DNA of 64,000 nt from an uncultured Chloroflexia bacterium. Its GTDB lineage: Bacteria; Chloroflexota; Anaerolineae; CG2-30-64-16. Below the pieces are notes generated by a model. It worked only from the letters and a program-made list of their open reading frames with translations. It did not search any database and was not told where the DNA came from. A program made the translations under genes and the position numbers. Shown here one piece after another: positions 1-10,908 of this stretch (within the stretch, counting starts at the first letter, position 1; each line of letters starts with the position of its first letter). The DNA is taken from assembly GCA_963810095.1 (NCBI GenBank), contig CAWEMM010000010.1, forward strand, positions 160,001 to 224,000, written 5' to 3'.

Positions 1-694
1 GATCCCGCTGATGTTGGTCATGGGCATCGTGTTTGGGCTGACGATGGGCTCGCTCATTCACTTCTTCAAAGTCGAACCCTTTATCGTGACGCTCATGGGC
101 ATGTTTTTCGCCCGCGGGATGGCGTATGTGATCACTCTGGAAGGGGTGCCCATCACGACCGCCATTTACCGCCTGTTGGCGCTGACCAAGGTGCCGGTGC
201 CCCTGATCGATAAGGCGTACGTGTACCCGGCCGCGCTGGTCGGCCCCATCCTGTTGCTCGTGGCGATCTATCTCTCGTTCTTCACCCGCTTCGGCCGCAC
301 CGTCTATGCCATCGGCAACAACGAGCAGTCGGCCCGGTTGATGGGCTTCCCGGTCGGTCGCACCAAGATCATCGTCTACGCCTTCAGCGGCTTCTGCTCG
401 GCCCTCGCGGGCATCGTCTGGAGCATCAACCTGCTTTCCGGGTATGGCGGCTACGCACCCGGCATGGAGCTCGATGCGATCGCGTCGGTGGTCATCGGCG
501 GCACGCTGCTGACGGGCGGCGTGGGCAACGTGATCGGCACGCTGTTCGGCGTCCTCATCAACGGCACGATTGTGTCTATCCTGCAATTCAACGGCACCTT
601 GAGCTCCTGGTGGACCCGCATCGGCGTAGGGTTGTTGACGCTGGTCTTCATCGGGATCCAGAGCCTCTTCTACAGCCGGAAGAAGCACTCTTGA
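1..694 (+). CDS. Sugar ABC transporter permease (RbsC/YjfF-like), 5'-truncated by the window edge
   Basis: Multi-TM protein with FGRTVYAIGNNEQSARLMG and MELDAIASVVIGGTLLTGG motifs typical of monosaccharide ABC permeases. Confidence 0.9.
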   Translation, partial: IPLMLVMGIVFGLTMGSLIHFFKVEPFIVTLMGMFFARGMAYVITLEGVPITTAIYRLLALTKVPVPLIDKAYVYPAALVGPILLLVAIYLSFFTRFGRTVYAIGNNEQSARLMGFPVGRTKIIVYAFSGFCSALAGIVWSINLLSGYGGYAPGMELDAIASVVIGGTLLTGGVGNVIGTLFGVLINGTIVSILQFNGTLSSWWTRIGVGLLTLVFIGIQSLFYSRKKHS

Positions 695-764
695 GCGCGG
701 TTGTCAGGCGGCGGCCAGTCCAGGCCCTCCTCCCGCGCTGCTGGACAACGCGGGAGGAAACAGG

Positions 765-825
765 ACACTGATTGAACTGATTCGACTGATTCTCACGATC
801 GTTTTCTCCCAGATCAGTTCAATCA
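765..825. repeat. REP-like palindromic repeat, family B (GATTGAACTGAT...ATCAGTTCAATC)
   Basis: Arms gattgaactgat / atcagttcaatc; the same motif recurs at ~6563, ~42248, ~42347 and ~45908. Confidence 0.7.
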
Positions 826-843
826 CAGGTCGGGAAGGCACGC

Positions 844-898
844 AGACCTCCGGCGTCGTCCGAGCTCCGCTCAGGATCGCGACACCGGAGGTCTTTTT
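844..898 (+). terminator. Hairpin plus T-tract downstream of the permease (REP-like, possible intrinsic terminator)
   Basis: agacctccgg...ccggaggtct followed by tttttt. Confidence 0.55.
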
Positions 899-912
899 GA
901 GCGCGCGTTTCG

Positions 913-942
913 TTGACGCCCGGCTCCGCTCTATGCTATACT
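913..942 (+). promoter_or_regulatory. sigma70-type promoter
   Basis: TTGACG-N18-TATACT with extended TG. Confidence 0.6.
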
Positions 943-1035
943 GCCGCAGTTGCCGGGCAAGTGCACTTGCATAGCAAGTGCGCTTGCTGTGCAGGCGGCG
1001 CCGCCGCCACGCAGCCGGCCCGGGCGTGAGCGAGC

Positions 1036-1711
1036 ATGCGTATTCTGACCGTCAGCGACAAGGTTGAGCCGGTTCTGTATGGCCCCTATATCCGGGAGCG
1101 GGTGGGCCAGGTGGACCTTGTCCTGGCGTGCGGCGACCTGCCGTACTACTACCTGGAATACATCGTCGGCTTGCTCGACGTGCCGCTGTTCTATGTGCAC
1201 GGCAACCACGACAAGGTCATGGCGCCGACGAGCCATGGTGTGCCCGCCGCGAGCGACACGATTAGCTGGGCGACGAACTTGCACGGCCGGGCCGTCGAGC
1301 ACAAGGGGTTACTGTTGGCAGGGCTGGAAGGGTGCCGGCGCTATTCGCCTGAACGGCCCTTCCAGTACACCGAAGGCGAAATGCGGCTGCAATGCGACGC
1401 GCCTGGGCCTGAAGTTGCTGCCGAATAAGCTGCGCCGCGGCCGCTTCGTCGATATCCTGATCACACATGCACCGCCCCGCGGCATCCACGACGACGAGGA
1501 TGTGCCGCACCAGGGGTTCGACAGCTATTTGAGCTTTATGCGCACGTACCGGCCCGTGCTCCTGATTCACGGGCACCAGCACGTGTATAACCGAAATTTG
1601 ACGATGGACAGCGTTTATGAGGGCACACGGGTGCTCAACACGTATGGGTATCGCGTGATCGAGTTGGCCGAAGACGCGGGCCGCTGGCAGGTCGTCAGCG
1701 GCAGCCGCTGA
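1036..1711 (+). CDS. Metallophosphoesterase (calcineurin-like), frameshifted near 1395
   Basis: VSD, CGDL and HGNHD motifs in one frame; ITHAPP and IHGHQH in the next frame. Confidence 0.85.
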
Positions 1712-1719
1712 AGGGACGC

Positions 1720-2289
1720 ATGAAGACGATTGCCGTGTTTGGCAGTTCGCGCCGTGACGAGAATAGCCCGTACTGGGCCGAGGCCCACGAGTTGGGCCGC
1801 GTTCTCGCGACCGCCGGCTACGCCGTCCTCTCGGGAGGCTATGGCGGCAGCATGGCCGCGGTGAGCCGCGGCGCGTCCGAGCACGGTGGTCACGTCATCG
1901 GCGTCACCTGCGCCATTTTCGACCCCTGGCCGTGCAACACCTGGCTGACCGAAGAGGTGAAGGCGCCGACGCTGATGGCCCGACTGGCTGTGATGATCGA
2001 GCGCTCTGACGCGTTTGTTGCGCTGCGCGGCGGCATCGGCACGCTCTCGGAGATCACCCTCGTGTGGAGCCTGCTGCAGACGCGCGAGCTGCAGGGCAAA
2101 CCGCTCATTTTGCTGGGCGCGGACTGGCGCGCGGTGGTGGACGCGCTCCGGCAGCACACCGACCTCGGCGGCTCCATCGCGGCGTTGGCCACGATTGTCG
2201 ACACCCCGGAGCAGGTTCTCTCCGCGCTGAGTGCGCAGGCCGCGCACGCCGCACCCCCAACACCTCTCGGCCCTCCGCCCGTCGGCTAA
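1720..2289 (+). CDS. LOG family protein (nucleotide 5'-monophosphate phosphoribohydrolase-like)
   Basis: IAVFGSS, GGYGGSM, SDAFVALRGGIGTLSE motifs. Confidence 0.88.
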   Translation: MKTIAVFGSSRRDENSPYWAEAHELGRVLATAGYAVLSGGYGGSMAAVSRGASEHGGHVIGVTCAIFDPWPCNTWLTEEVKAPTLMARLAVMIERSDAFVALRGGIGTLSEITLVWSLLQTRELQGKPLILLGADWRAVVDALRQHTDLGGSIAALATIVDTPEQVLSALSAQAAHAAPPTPLGPPPVG

Positions 2290-2355
2290 CCGGACCAGGG
2301 CAGGAGGGCGAACGAGCAGGTTCCCCGGTTTTCGTGGCAAACGTGAGTGTTTTCT

Positions 2356-2436
2356 AACCACGAAGAACCAAGACATGAGGTTTCACGACGCTTTATGGTC
2401 TTAGTGAGACTTCGGTTCTTCGTGTCTTCGTGGTTC
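2356..2436. repeat. REP-like palindromic repeat, family A (CACRAAGACAC...GTGTCTTYGTG)
   Basis: taaccacgaagaacc...cttcgtgtcttcgtggtt; more than 10 related copies in the window. Confidence 0.7.
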
Positions 2437-2462
2437 CGTTCCTGATGAATGAGGAGCTTACT

Positions 2463-3911
2463 ATGGCAGAGAAGGGTGTTACTCCGCGAGCGGAGGACTA
2501 TTCGCGTTGGTATACCGAGGTCGTGCAGAAGACAGAACTGGCAGACTACTCGCCGGTGAAGGGCTGCATGGTGATCCGGCCGTACGGCTACACGCTATGG
2601 GAGAACCTGCGCGACGGGCTCGACCGTCGTTTCAAGGAAACCGGGCATGTCAATGCCTACTTCCCGCTGCTCATCCCGATGAGCTTTCTGCAGAAGGAAG
2701 CCGAGCACGTGGAAGGCTTTGCGCCGGAACTGGCCGTCGTGACGCACGGCGGCGGCAAAGAGCTGGACGAGCCGTTAGTGGTCCGGCCGACCTCGGAGAC
2801 GATTATCGGGTACATGTACAGCCAGTGGGTGCGGTCGTACCGCGACCTGCCGCTGCTCATTAACCAGTGGGCCAACGTCGTGCGCTGGGAGATGCGCACC
2901 CGGCTGTTCCTGCGCACGACCGAGTTCCTGTGGCAGGAAGGCCACACCGCGCACGCCACCCAGCAGGAAGCGTTCGAAGAGACAATCCGCATGCTGGGCG
3001 TGTACGCCGACTTCGCCATCAACGACGCGGCGATTCCGGTCGTGCAGGGCAAGAAAAGCGAGCGCGAGAAGTTCGCCGGCGCAGTCGACAGCTACACCAT
3101 AGAAGCGATGATGGGCAACGGCTGGGCGCTCCAGTCGGGCACGAGTCACTTCCTGGGTCAAAACTTCGCCAAGGCGTTCGACATCAAGTTCCTGAATCAG
3201 AACAACGAGCTTGATTTCGCCTGGACCACGAGCTGGGGGCTGAGCACCCGCATGGTGGGTGCGATCATCATGACGCACGGCGACGATCAGGGCTTGATGC
3301 TCCCGCCGGTGCTGGCGCCGTTCCAGGCCGTGATCGTGCCGATCTGGCGCAAGGACGCGGAGCGCACCTCCGTGCTCGAGTACAGCCAACGCGTGTTCCA
3401 GACGCTGAAGGCGGGCGGAGTGCGGGTTAAGCTGGACGACCGTGACGAGTTGAGCGCAGGCTTCAAGTTCAACGACTGGGAGATGCGCGGGGTCCCGCTG
3501 CGCATCGAGATCGGCCCGCGCGACGTCGACCAGAACGCGGTGGTCTTTGCCCGGCGCGACATCCCGGGCAAGGAGGGCAAGACCTTCGGCGTGAGCGTCG
3601 ACGGGCTGGTACAGGCGACGAAAGATATGCTGGCGACCATCCAGGCGGCCATGCTGGCCCGGGCCACTGCCTTCCGCGATGCGAACACCCGCACCGCGGC
3701 AAGCTACGACGAGTTCAAGCAAATCCTCGAGGGCCCCGGCGGGTTCATTCGGGTGCACTGGGCCGGCACGAACGAGGACGAGGACCGGATCAAGGAAGAG
3801 ACCAAGGCGACTGTCCGGTGCTTCCCGTTCGACAAGCCGGAAGGCGAAGGGGTTTGCTTCTACACCGGCAAGCGGACGGATCGCGTCGCGATCTTTGCCC
3901 GCGCCTACTGA
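2463..3911 (+). CDS. proS: Proline--tRNA ligase (archaeal/eukaryal-like type)
   Basis: RPTSET, QWANVVRWEMRTRLFLRTTEFLWQEGHT, LQSGTSHFLGQNF motifs; C-terminal domain ending FARAY; RBS gaggag. Confidence 0.97.
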   Translation: MAEKGVTPRAEDYSRWYTEVVQKTELADYSPVKGCMVIRPYGYTLWENLRDGLDRRFKETGHVNAYFPLLIPMSFLQKEAEHVEGFAPELAVVTHGGGKELDEPLVVRPTSETIIGYMYSQWVRSYRDLPLLINQWANVVRWEMRTRLFLRTTEFLWQEGHTAHATQQEAFEETIRMLGVYADFAINDAAIPVVQGKKSEREKFAGAVDSYTIEAMMGNGWALQSGTSHFLGQNFAKAFDIKFLNQNNELDFAWTTSWGLSTRMVGAIIMTHGDDQGLMLPPVLAPFQAVIVPIWRKDAERTSVLEYSQRVFQTLKAGGVRVKLDDRDELSAGFKFNDWEMRGVPLRIEIGPRDVDQNAVVFARRDIPGKEGKTFGVSVDGLVQATKDMLATIQAAMLARATAFRDANTRTAASYDEFKQILEGPGGFIRVHWAGTNEDEDRIKEETKATVRCFPFDKPEGEGVCFYTGKRTDRVAIFARAY

Positions 3912-3920
3912 TCGCGCCCT

Positions 3921-3986
3921 AGCGCAAAGGCACAAAGACCCGGCGAGAGTCAGCCGCTCCGTCGTGTCCTTGTGCCTTTGTGTTTA
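3921..3986. repeat. REP-like repeat, family A
   Basis: gcgcaaaggcacaaagac...gtccttgtgcctttgtgtt. Confidence 0.7.
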
Positions 3987-4013
3987 AGAATGCTACAATT
4001 CTCCGCGCTGACC

Positions 4014-4697
4014 ATGAACACGCTGCGTTCGCATTGGCCGCCGGCGTGGCCGGAGATTACCGATCCGCTCGTGCTCGATGCCATGGCCTCTGTTCCGCGG
4101 CACCTGTTCGTGCCGCCCGAACACCAGGATCAGGCGTACGAGGACGCGCCGCTTCCCATCGGCTTCAACCAGACGATTTCGCAGCCCTTCATCGTCGCGG
4201 CGATGACGCAAGCTCTGCGCCTGGATCGCGAGAGCCGGGTGTTGGAGGTGGGCACCGGATCGGGTTACCAGGCTGCGGTCCTTGCCCACATCACGCCGCA
4301 CGTGTGGAGCGTGGAGGCCCTGCCCGTCCTCGCCGGCGCGGCCCGTGACCGGCTGGCGGGGCTTGGCTATGGGGTGATCGTGAAGACGGGCGACGGCCGC
4401 TTGGGTTGGCCCGAGCACGCCCCGTACGACGCGATCGTGGTCACGGCCGCGCCCGCAGACGTGCCGCCCGCGCTCGTGCAGCAGCTGGCGCCCGGTGGGC
4501 GGCTGGTGATCCCGCTGGGCGAGGGCCACTGGGACCAGTCGTTGTGGCGGGTCGAAAAAGGTGAGGGTGGGCGCCTACGGGCCGAGCGGCTGGGCGACGT
4601 CCGCTTCGTGCCCCTGATTCAGAGCGCGCCGCCGGCAGCCGAGGACGCTGAACAGGCACAGATTCGCGCAGAGCTACAACGGCTGCTGGGACGGTAA
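4014..4697 (+). CDS. pcm: Protein-L-isoaspartate O-methyltransferase
   Basis: QTISQP, VLEVGTGSGYQAAVL, APYDAIVVTAA and VRFVPL motifs. Confidence 0.95.
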   Translation: MNTLRSHWPPAWPEITDPLVLDAMASVPRHLFVPPEHQDQAYEDAPLPIGFNQTISQPFIVAAMTQALRLDRESRVLEVGTGSGYQAAVLAHITPHVWSVEALPVLAGAARDRLAGLGYGVIVKTGDGRLGWPEHAPYDAIVVTAAPADVPPALVQQLAPGGRLVIPLGEGHWDQSLWRVEKGEGGRLRAERLGDVRFVPLIQSAPPAAEDAEQAQIRAELQRLLGR

Positions 4698-4750
4698 CAA
4701 ATCCGGTTTCTACCAGAAACCAGGTTTGCCGGAAAGATGCAAGGAGCGTT

Positions 4751-5591
4751 ATGCGCGTCGTCATAACGGGACATAACGGGCAACTGGGGCGCCAGCTTGT
4801 CGCCGCGTTCGCCGGCCACGAGGTGCTGCCGCTCGATTTGCCCGCGGACGACATTACCGATCCCCGCATCGTTCAGCGCATCGTGGGGTTCGCTCCCAAC
4901 GTGATCGTTCATGCCGCGGCGTACACCGACGTCGACGGGGCCGAGAAGGACCCGGAGCTGGCGTACCGGGTGAATGCGTTTGGCACGCAGAACATGGCCC
5001 TGGCCAGCCGGGCGGCCGGCGCGGCCTTGCTCCACGTCAGCACCAACGAGGTCTTCGACGGCGTGCAGCGTGAGGCGTATCGCGAGTGGGACCCGATCAA
5101 TCCCACGAGCACCTATGCCCGCACGAAGGGGGCCGCCGAGCGCATCGTGCAGGCGCTGGCCCCGCAGTTCTACATCGCCCGCGTGGCGTGGCTCTTCGGG
5201 CCCGGCGGAAACAACTTTGTCACAAAGATCCTGGCGGGGGCCGAGAAGTACGGGGCGCTGCGGGTGGCAGCCGACGAGTTCGGCAACCCCACCTATGCCC
5301 CGGATGCGGCCGCGGCCATGGCCCGGCTGGCCCACACGGGGCACTATGGCATTTACCACCTGACGAACGCCGGCTTCTGCTCGCGCTGACGAGTTCGCCT
5401 CCTCGATCATGCGCCTTGCCGGCAAACCGGACGTGCCCATCACGCCGATCCTGAGCGCCGAATGGCCGCGACCCTCGAAACCACCCCTTCACGCCGTTCT
5501 GAGCAGCTCGGCTGCGGCCGGCCTGGGCATCGCCCTGCCGCCCTGGCAGGAAGCGCTGGCCGAGTACGTCGCGACCCTGACTCACGCGTGA
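4751..5591 (+). CDS. rfbD: dTDP-4-dehydrorhamnose reductase, frameshifted near 5385
   Basis: GHNGQLG, HAAAYTDVDGAE, YARTK motifs; C-terminus (PWQEAL) in a second frame. Confidence 0.9.
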
Positions 5592-5598
5592 GGCCCCG

Positions 5599-6558
5599 AT
5601 GTCTGCGAGCGTGACGGCCAGCATCATCATCCCGAACTACAACGGCAGGCGTTTCCTCGATACCTGCCTGGCGGCCCTGCGCGGCCAGACCTACCCCCGC
5701 GACTTGACCGAGATCATCGTCGTGGACGACGGGTCGACCGACGACTCGGTGGCTTATCTGGAAGCGCGTTATCCGGAAGTTAAGGTGGTTCGGCTAGACC
5801 ACAACAGCGGGCTGGCCGTCGGCTGTAACGCCGGCGCGCGGGCCGCCCGGGGCGAACTGCTGGTGATGTTGAACAACGACACGGAGGCCGAGCCTGGCTG
5901 GCTGGCCGGGCTGGTGGCAGCGGCGGAGGCACACCCCGAGGCCGGCGCCGTGGCCAGCAAGATGCTGCTTTTCGACCGCCGCGACACGCTGCACAACGCG
6001 GGCGACGTCATGGGCGCGGACGGCATCCCACGCAACCGCGGGGTCTGGCAGGTGGACAGCGGGCAATATGACGCCGACCCGTGTGTCTTTGGCGGGTGCG
6101 GCGGCGCCGTCGCCTATCGCCGTGCAGCGTGGGCAGCGACGGGCGGCTTTGACGAGCGGCTCTTCATGTACCTGGAGGACGTGGACCTGGCGTGGCGCCT
6201 GCAGTTGCTCGGATGGCAAGCCGTCTTTGCGCCCGAGGCCCGGCTGTATCACCAACTGAGCGCAACGGGCGGCGGGACGCTGGCGAGCTACTACACGGGG
6301 CGTAACACCATTTGGGTGATCGCCAAGAACATGCCCGGTCCGTTGTTACGGAGGTACATGGGCCGGGTCCTCGCCGGGCAGTGGCGGGTGACACGAGACG
6401 CTCTCCGCGCGTGGCGGGGCGCTGCGGCCCGGGCGCGGCTGCGAGGACAGCTGGTGGGCGTGCTCGGCCTGCCACGGGTGCTGGGCTGGCGCAGGGCCGT
6501 GCAGCGACAACGCAAAGTTCCGATCGAAGCAATTGATGCGCTGTTAGTGGATGATTGA
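5599..6558 (+). CDS. Glycosyltransferase family 2
   Basis: SIIIPNYNG, VVDDGSTD, LNND, GGFDERLFMYLEDVDL motifs. Confidence 0.92.
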   Translation: MSASVTASIIIPNYNGRRFLDTCLAALRGQTYPRDLTEIIVVDDGSTDDSVAYLEARYPEVKVVRLDHNSGLAVGCNAGARAARGELLVMLNNDTEAEPGWLAGLVAAAEAHPEAGAVASKMLLFDRRDTLHNAGDVMGADGIPRNRGVWQVDSGQYDADPCVFGGCGGAVAYRRAAWAATGGFDERLFMYLEDVDLAWRLQLLGWQAVFAPEARLYHQLSATGGGTLASYYTGRNTIWVIAKNMPGPLLRRYMGRVLAGQWRVTRDALRAWRGAAARARLRGQLVGVLGLPRVLGWRRAVQRQRKVPIEAIDALLVDD

Positions 6559-6562
6559 TTAG

Positions 6563-6700
6563 CACGCAGATTGAACTGATTGAACTGATCTGTATGATCT
6601 CGTTCCTATGGACTATCTCAGGCGGCGCTTGCAGCGCTGCCCTGCCTTCGGGTCGAGGAAGAATCAGGTCAATCGGTTGAATCAGTTCGATCTGCGTCCC
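6563..6700. repeat. REP-like repeat, family B
   Basis: acgcagattgaactgattgaactgatc...aatcagttcgatctgcgtccc. Confidence 0.7.
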
Positions 6701-6720
6701 ATTCTACAAGGAGTGATGTG

Positions 6721-9311
6721 ATGGCCCTGATCGAGAAGCTTGGCAGTTTCTATCTCGGTAAAGAGTACGACCTCGTCAACAAGAAGTTGTTGGATGCGAT
6801 GGTCAATTATGATGCCCGCGACCTGACGACCCATGCGGTATGCGTTGGGATGACCGGCAGCGGCAAGACGGGCCTGTGTATCGACCTCCTGGAGGAGGCC
6901 GCGCTCGACGGCGTGCCGGCCTTGCTGATCGACCCGAAGGGCGATATCACGAACCTCCTCCTGACCTTCCCCGACCTGCTGCCCGAGAACTTCCTGCCCT
7001 GGATCAACCCCGACGACGCGCGGCGCAAGGGGCTCACGCCCGAGGACTTCGCCGCGGCGCAGGCCAAGCTCTGGCGCGACGGCCTGGCGAGTTGGGACCA
7101 GGGACCGGACCGCATTCGCGCGCTGAAGGCAGCCGCCGATTTCGCCATTTACACGCCGGGCTCCGAGTCGGGCCTGCCCGTCAGCATCATCAGCAGCTTC
7201 AACATGCCGAACCTGGACTGGGAAACGGAAGGCGAGGCCCTGCGTGAGCGCATCCAGGGCACGGTGTCGGCGCTGCTCGGGCTGGCCGGCGTCGACGCCG
7301 ACCCCGTGCGGAGCCGCGAGCACATCCTGCTCTCGACGCTCCTGGAGGACGCCTGGCGCAAGGGCGAGCCGATGGACCTGGCCAAGCTCATCATGGGAGT
7401 CCAGAAGCCGCCATTCCAACAGGTCGGCGTGCTGAACCTCGAGGCCTTCTATCCGGAAAAGGACCGCTTCGGCCTGGCGATGGCCTTGAACAACATCATC
7501 GCTTCCCCGAGCTTCGCATCGTGGCTCAAGGGCGAACCGCTGGACATCCCCAGCCTGCTCTATACGCCCGAGGGCAAGCCCCGGCACAGTATCTTCTACA
7601 TCGCGCACCTGAGCGACGCCGAGCGCATGTTCTTCGTCACCATCCTGCTCGAGTCCTTCATCAGTTGGATGCGCAGCCAGCCCGGCACCACCTCGCTCCG
7701 CGCGCTCCTCTACATGGACGAGGTGTTTGGCTATTTCCCGCCGTCGCAAAACCCGCCGAGCAAGCGCCCCATGCTCACGCTGCTGAAGCAGGCGCGGGCG
7801 TTCGGCTGCGGCATCGTGCTGACCACGCAGAACCCGGTCGACCTGGACTACAAGGGCCTGACCAATGCGGGCACCTGGTTCATCGGCAAGCTGCAGGCCG
7901 AGCGCGACAAGGCGCGCCTGCTTGCCGGTCTCGAAGGCGTGATGGCGGATGCCGGGTCGCTGTCTGACGTCAAGGTGCTGGACAAGACGATCTCGTCCCT
8001 CGAGAGCCGTGCTTTTATCTTGCACAACGTAAACCAGAGTGCGCCGATCGTGTTTCAGACGCGCTGGGCGATGAGCTACCTGCGCGGCCCGCTGACCCGG
8101 CAGCAGGTCAAGCAGCTGATGGCCGGCCGGAAGCCCGCCGCGGCACCTGCACCGGCTCGCACCCCCCCCCGACGGCACAAACCAACCTGGCAGCGGGAGC
8201 GACGGCGGCAGCCCAGGCCGCGGCGGCGGTGCCTCCAATGGCCAACGCACTGCTCGGGACCGCGCAGGGCGGCCTGTCGTCGGCGCCGCCGGCTGCACCG
8301 CCCGGCGTTAACCAGGTGTTCTTGCCCGTGCGGACCCGTGAGGGCGACGCCGTGGCCGCGCTGCAGGCGAAGACGGGCGCTGCCGTCAAGGCCACCGATC
8401 GCCAGTTGGTGTGTGAGCCTGCGCTGGTGGGCGTGGCCAGCGTGTCGTTCGTGGATCGCAAGACCGGCCTGAACGAGTCCAACGACGTCGCCGTGATGCT
8501 GCCGTTGGACCCACAGGCCACGGTGGTCGACTGGCGCGACTCGGCGCCTGTCGACATCGGGGAACGTGATCTGGCGACGCAACCGCCAGCCGGTGCGGTG
8601 TTTGCGGGCGGAGTGCCGGCCGGTCTCTTTGCCCCACGCTTCATGACGAAACTGCAGGGCGACCTCGTCGACCACCTGTACCGGACGCAGGCCTTTACCG
8701 TGCTCACGAATCCGACCCTGAAGCTCGTCGCCAAGCCAGGCGAGAACGAACGCGACTTCCGAGCCCGCTGTCAGCAGGCGGCCCGCGAATCGCGTGACGA
8801 GGCCGTCGACCAGGTCCGGGGGAAGTACGAGACCAAGCTGCAGAAATTGAGCGACCAGAAGGAACGCGAGGAACAAGAGCTGGAGAGCGACAAGGCGCAG
8901 CTGCAGGGCCGGGTGGGCGAGGAGATCCTCAGCGGGCTCGACACGGTCGCCGGCATGTTCGGCCTGTTTGGCACGCGGCGGCGGAGCTCGCTTTCAGGCG
9001 TGAGCCGGGTTGCCTCGAAGCAGCGCATGCAGTCCAAGGCCCGCGCAAATGTGCAGGAATCCGTCGACGCCATCAAGCGGCTCGAAGGCGACCTCACGGA
9101 GCTCAAAGGCGAGATGGAAGCCGAGATGAGCGCGACGACCGATGTGTGGACGAAGGCTGCCGACGACATCCAGCAAATGCAGGTGGCGCCGAAGAAGAGC
9201 GACGTGGACGTGCATCTCGTGGCCCTGGCGTGGGCGCCTAAGTGGCAGATCACCTACCAGGACGCACGGGGCCTCGCCCGCATGGAGACGGTCGACGCCT
9301 TTAGCGCGTAA
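6721..9311 (+). CDS. HerA/DUF87-like P-loop ATPase with C-terminal coiled coil, frameshifted at the poly-C run near 8162-8170
   Basis: Walker A GMTGSGKT, Walker [14 protein letters not shown] and TQNPVD motifs; continuation ORF 8229-9311. Confidence 0.85.
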
Positions 9312-9320
9312 TTGCGACGC

Positions 9321-9394
9321 TGCCACGAATTACACGAATTGAACGAACTGGGCTGATCCTACGAGAGATTCGTTCAATTCGGAAAATCCGTGGC
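9321..9394. repeat. REP-like hairpin between convergent genes (family B-related)
   Basis: gccacgaattacacgaattgaacgaa...ttcgttcaattcggaaaatccgtggc. Confidence 0.6.
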
Positions 9395-9404
9395 GGCCTC
9401 GGGG

Positions 9405-10848
9405 TCACCTGACCATCACGAGCATCAGGTCGTTGACGTTGGTCTGAGTGGGACCGGTGATCAGGAGGTCGCCGAGGCTGCCGAGCAGGTGATAGCTGTC
9501 GTTTGCTGCCAGGGCCGCGTGGGCGTCAAGCCCGCCGGCCCTGGCGCGCGCCAGCGTGTCGGATTCCGCGATGCCGCCCGCAGCATCCGTCGGGCCGTCC
9601 GTCCCATCCGTCCCCAGGCTGACAACGGCGGCCTCGATGCCTTCGGGCAGCCCGTGGCCTTCGAGGGCGAGCGCAGCGCTCAGCGCAAGCTCCTGGTTGC
9701 GCCCGCCCAGCCCTGGGCCGCGGACCGTCACAGTCGTCTCTCCGCCCAGCACAAGGCACGCCGGCCGCTGGATGTCGGATTGGCCGGCAGCGATGCCCTG
9801 GGCCAACCCGGCCAACACGCGGCCGGCCTCGCGTGCCTCTCCCTGCAGGAACGTCGTAACGAGCAGGCTGTGGTAGCCCCGGCTTGTTGCCTCGGCGACC
9901 GCGGCCCGGCCCGCAATGGCGTTGTCACCGACGACCGTGCTCGTGACCCGGTCGAACAACGGGTCGCCCGGCTTGGGTGTATCGGGGATTTGGGCCGCGA
10001 GGCCGCGCCGGATGTGCTGGGCTACGGCCGCCGGGGACCTGTTCCACGAGCGCATACCGTTCGAGCACGGCCCAGGCATCGGCGTAAGTGCTGCGGTCCC
10101 CAACGGTCGGGCCGGAAGCGATCGCGTCGAGAGGGGAGCCCACCACGTCGGAGAGAATCAGCGCGGCCACGTGTGCCCGGGCTGCCAGGCGCGCAAGCTG
10201 CCCGCCCTGGAGCCCCGAACAGTGTTTCCGGACCATGTTGATCTCGGCAATGCCTGCCCCGGACTTCAATAACAGGTCGTTGAGCTTCTGGTAATCGGCG
10301 AGGCCGACGCCGTCGACCGGCAGCGGCAAGAGGGCCGACCCCCCGCCGGAGATCAGCACTATGACGAGGTCGCGTTCGGTGAGTCCTGTCAGCAGGTGGG
10401 CGATACGCCGGGCGCCCGCCAACCCGGCTTGATCCGGTACGGGGTGGCCGGCTTCGACGATCTCGATTGGGCCCGTCCTGGCCTGGCGCTTCGTCTCGGC
10501 CGGTTCGCCCCCTCGCCCAAAACGAAGCCGCCAGCCCCCCGCAGCCGACGTGTGTCCGTGCTTGACGTTGACGGCGCCCCCTGTGATGAGGCCGCCTGTC
10601 GCGGCGTCGCCCAGCACTTCGTACGCCGCCGCTGCCATGGGCGTGCCGGCCTTCCCGGCGCCCACGACCAGGATCCGGTCGATCTCAGCCAAGCGGTAAA
10701 TCCGCCCGCCGATCCGCAGGCTGTTGCCCTCGAGCGCCAGGTTAGCCAGAATGGCCTGGTATGGGTCGACGGCCCGGATCGCCGCGTCGAGGACCGCCAG
10801 AGCATCCTCTCGCAGAGACGAACGGGGGCCTGCATCCTCGGCGGCCAT
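9405..10848 (-). CDS. Glycerate kinase type 2 (DUF4147/MOFRL), frameshifted near 10035
   Basis: GAGKA, EAGHPVPD, LISGGGSAL, GGETTV, GGRNQE, GTDGTDG, TGPTQTNVND motifs. Confidence 0.92.
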
Positions 10849-10908
10849 GCTCGTTCCCTCCATCCTATTCTGCTGCGCCGTACCGTGAACGCGGCGGGTG
10901 CAACGGCG

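Noticed and set aside
8162-8170. Poly-C tract as a phase-variation switch
   Set aside because: Cannot be distinguished from a homopolymer sequencing error given the indel load elsewhere.
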